From contig CAWDDT010000013.1 in assembly GCA_963801165.1 (NCBI GenBank), positions 1-64,000 of the forward strand: 64,000 nt of DNA, given 5' to 3'. This DNA comes from an uncultured bacterium (GTDB lineage Bacteria > Actinomycetota > Acidimicrobiia > Spongiisociales > UBA5794). Numbering within the stretch: position 1 is the first letter of the stretch; each line of letters starts with the position of its first letter. The position numbers were made by a program, and so were the translations under genes. Under the pieces are notes generated by a model. The model worked only from the letters and a program-made list of their open reading frames with translations, was not told where the DNA came from and searched no databases. Below, in pieces: positions 62,626 to 64,000 of the stretch.

Positions 62626-63440
62626 GACGACTCCTCGTCGAGGGGCTGAGCAATAGTCACGTTCCAAAGTGGATCGAGTGTCCCCGCCCGCCCGTAGTCC
62701 GGATCCAACGGTGTCGGGGTGACCCGAGACGACGTCAGTGATAGCAGCGGTTCAGTGTCCACCTCCACCCCGACCCGCTCGGCCATGAAGTCAACGAGCC
62801 AGCCCGTTCGCTGGACGATGGAAACCGGATAGCCGACCGCGGCCTCGGCAAGACGACCAATATCAACCGCATCCTCGACCAGCATCTCACCAACAACGGT
62901 TGCCACGTTGAATAGCGCGCCACCCTCATCGGGGAACGACACCAGATCGAGCACCGTCACCTCCGGAGTGGAGACACGCATTGTGCCGGTCGGGGTGTTC
63001 ACAACACCGGTGGGACGCTCCGACGTGTGCATCGAAGTGATGAATTCGATACGAACCCGCCCGAATGCGCGATCCCGGAGCCGCGCCGATGTCATCACCT
63101 GAAAAACCTGAGGACGCTGGTGCGCAGCTCCGTGGATCTCTGCCGCCGACAAGAGGCAGACGTAGTAGTCGTGGCCCAAATGGCGCATCATGGCGTCCAC
63201 GAAGTGCGCCGCCGGGACCGCACCCCAGGAGCGGAACTCGGGCGGGATGGCAACATACAGCCCCTTCGTAGGACTGAAGAGATGTCCGCGCCGGCGTGAC
63301 TGGGCCAATGATGGCGCCACATGATGCTCCGGGATTCCGAGCAGCTCGGCGGCCTGGCTCGTGGTTACCCAATGTCGACCGCGAGCCAGGAGCCAGTCAG
63401 CCAGCTCACGGGGCTCAACCGAACCTGTCACGTCAGTCAT
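62622..63440 (-). CDS. AbiEi-family antitoxin (type IV TA)
   Basis: GLYVAIPPE; YYVCLLSAAEIHGAAHQRPQVFQV; VSTPEVTVLDL; overlaps the toxin start. Confidence 0.9.
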   Translation of the reverse strand: MTDVTGSVEPRELADWLLARGRHWVTTSQAAELLGIPEHHVAPSLAQSRRRGHLFSPTKGLYVAIPPEFRSWGAVPAAHFVDAMMRHLGHDYYVCLLSAAEIHGAAHQRPQVFQVMTSARLRDRAFGRVRIEFITSMHTSERPTGVVNTPTGTMRVSTPEVTVLDLVSFPDEGGALFNVATVVGEMLVEDAVDIGRLAEAAVGYPVSIVQRTGWLVDFMAERVGVEVDTEPLLSLTSSRVTPTPLDPDYGRAGTLDPLWNVTIAQPLDEESS

Positions 63441-63471
63441 GTACCAATACTAACTGATTTCTTTAGTTTCG

Positions 63472-64000
63472 TTACAACGTCAACCCAAGTTGATGATTGA
63501 GTTGACTCCGGCGTTCGACGGCGGGTTGGTCGATCCAGTTTCGGGTGATGGCTTGGGTGAGGACGTCGATGGCGGTCTGGTTGTCTTTGACGGCAACATA
63601 GGCGTGGTTCGCTTGTCGGCCTCGGGTCATTGGGGTGTAGATGCCGCGGCTGTCGGTTGGGGTGTCGATTAGGAGGACGGCGGTGTCGACGGTGCGGCCT
63701 TGGGTGGCGTGGCTGGTTTGGGCGTATCCCAGCTCGACATGCTCAGCCGTGTAGGCGGTGGGGAGGCGGATGGTGCCGGTGCGTCCGGTGATGGTGACGC
63801 TTTGGTCGTTGTGAATGGCGGTGATGGTCCAGTGGTCGCGGTTCTTGACCATGAGTCCCTGGTCGGTGTGGAGCGTCCGGTCGTTGCGTCGCGTGACGAT
63901 CTCGTCGCCGACGAGCAGCGAGTATTCGCCGACCCGGAGCTGGGGCCCTCCCGGGTCGAGTTGGCCGGTGGCGAGCCGGGTCTGTTGGGCCAGCTGGTTG
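63472..64000 (-). CDS. C-terminal SF1 helicase part of a MobF/TrwC-type relaxase (partial; runs off the window)
   Basis: GDEIVTRRNDR..VKNRD.W; ELGYAQTSHATQGRTVD; YTPMTRGR. Confidence 0.8.
   Translation of the reverse strand, partial: NQLAQQTRLATGQLDPGGPQLRVGEYSLLVGDEIVTRRNDRTLHTDQGLMVKNRDHWTITAIHNDQSVTITGRTGTIRLPTAYTAEHVELGYAQTSHATQGRTVDTAVLLIDTPTDSRGIYTPMTRGRQANHAYVAVKDNQTAIDVLTQAITRNWIDQPAVERRSQLNHQLGLTL

Larger units (their letters stand above)
61603..64000. mobile_element. Left end of an integrative mobilisable/conjugative element inserted in tRNA-Asn
   Basis: att remnant followed by a type IV TA pair and a relaxase-helicase C-terminus. Confidence 0.75.

Overview
High-GC actinobacterial DNA, probably class Acidimicrobiia: the Cys-containing SLH-like repeats (GCxPPxNDxFCP...VTRGQMAAFL) are typical of that group. 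The window has four parts. (1) 1-19.95 kb is an accessory/defence island ending at the 3' end of a tRNA(CAT, probably Ile2). It carries a double PD-(D/E)XK nuclease, an Abi_C/HEPN abortive-infection gene, a REase-STAND NTPase, an SLH-Ig-LRR surface protein, and a mobility module (ArdC-peptidase-DnaG primase fusion divergent from xis-int). Inside it, four same-orientation degenerate palindromic sites each bound a single gene, like a gene-cassette array; this is the most unusual signal. (2) 20-41.8 kb holds an ECF41 sigma/CMD pair, an ArsR regulator, a ~13.7 kb giant adhesin with ~29 x 81-aa Ig-like repeats downstream of an orphan histidine kinase, GT2 and DUF115/Maf-like genes, GNAT, thioesterase and trmL. 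(3) 42-61.5 kb is a sugar/sugar-acid catabolic region: two ABC importers, L-fuconate dehydratase, lactonase, AKR, kduD, kdgK, eda, and FadR/IclR/LacI regulators. (4) 61.6-64 kb starts with a truncated tRNA-Asn 3' half (att site) bordering a second integrative element with an AbiEi/AbiEii TA pair and a relaxase-helicase C-terminus. Many genes in 12-36 kb are frameshifted, which may be sequencing indels rather than real decay. All family calls come from motif recognition by eye; no searches were run.
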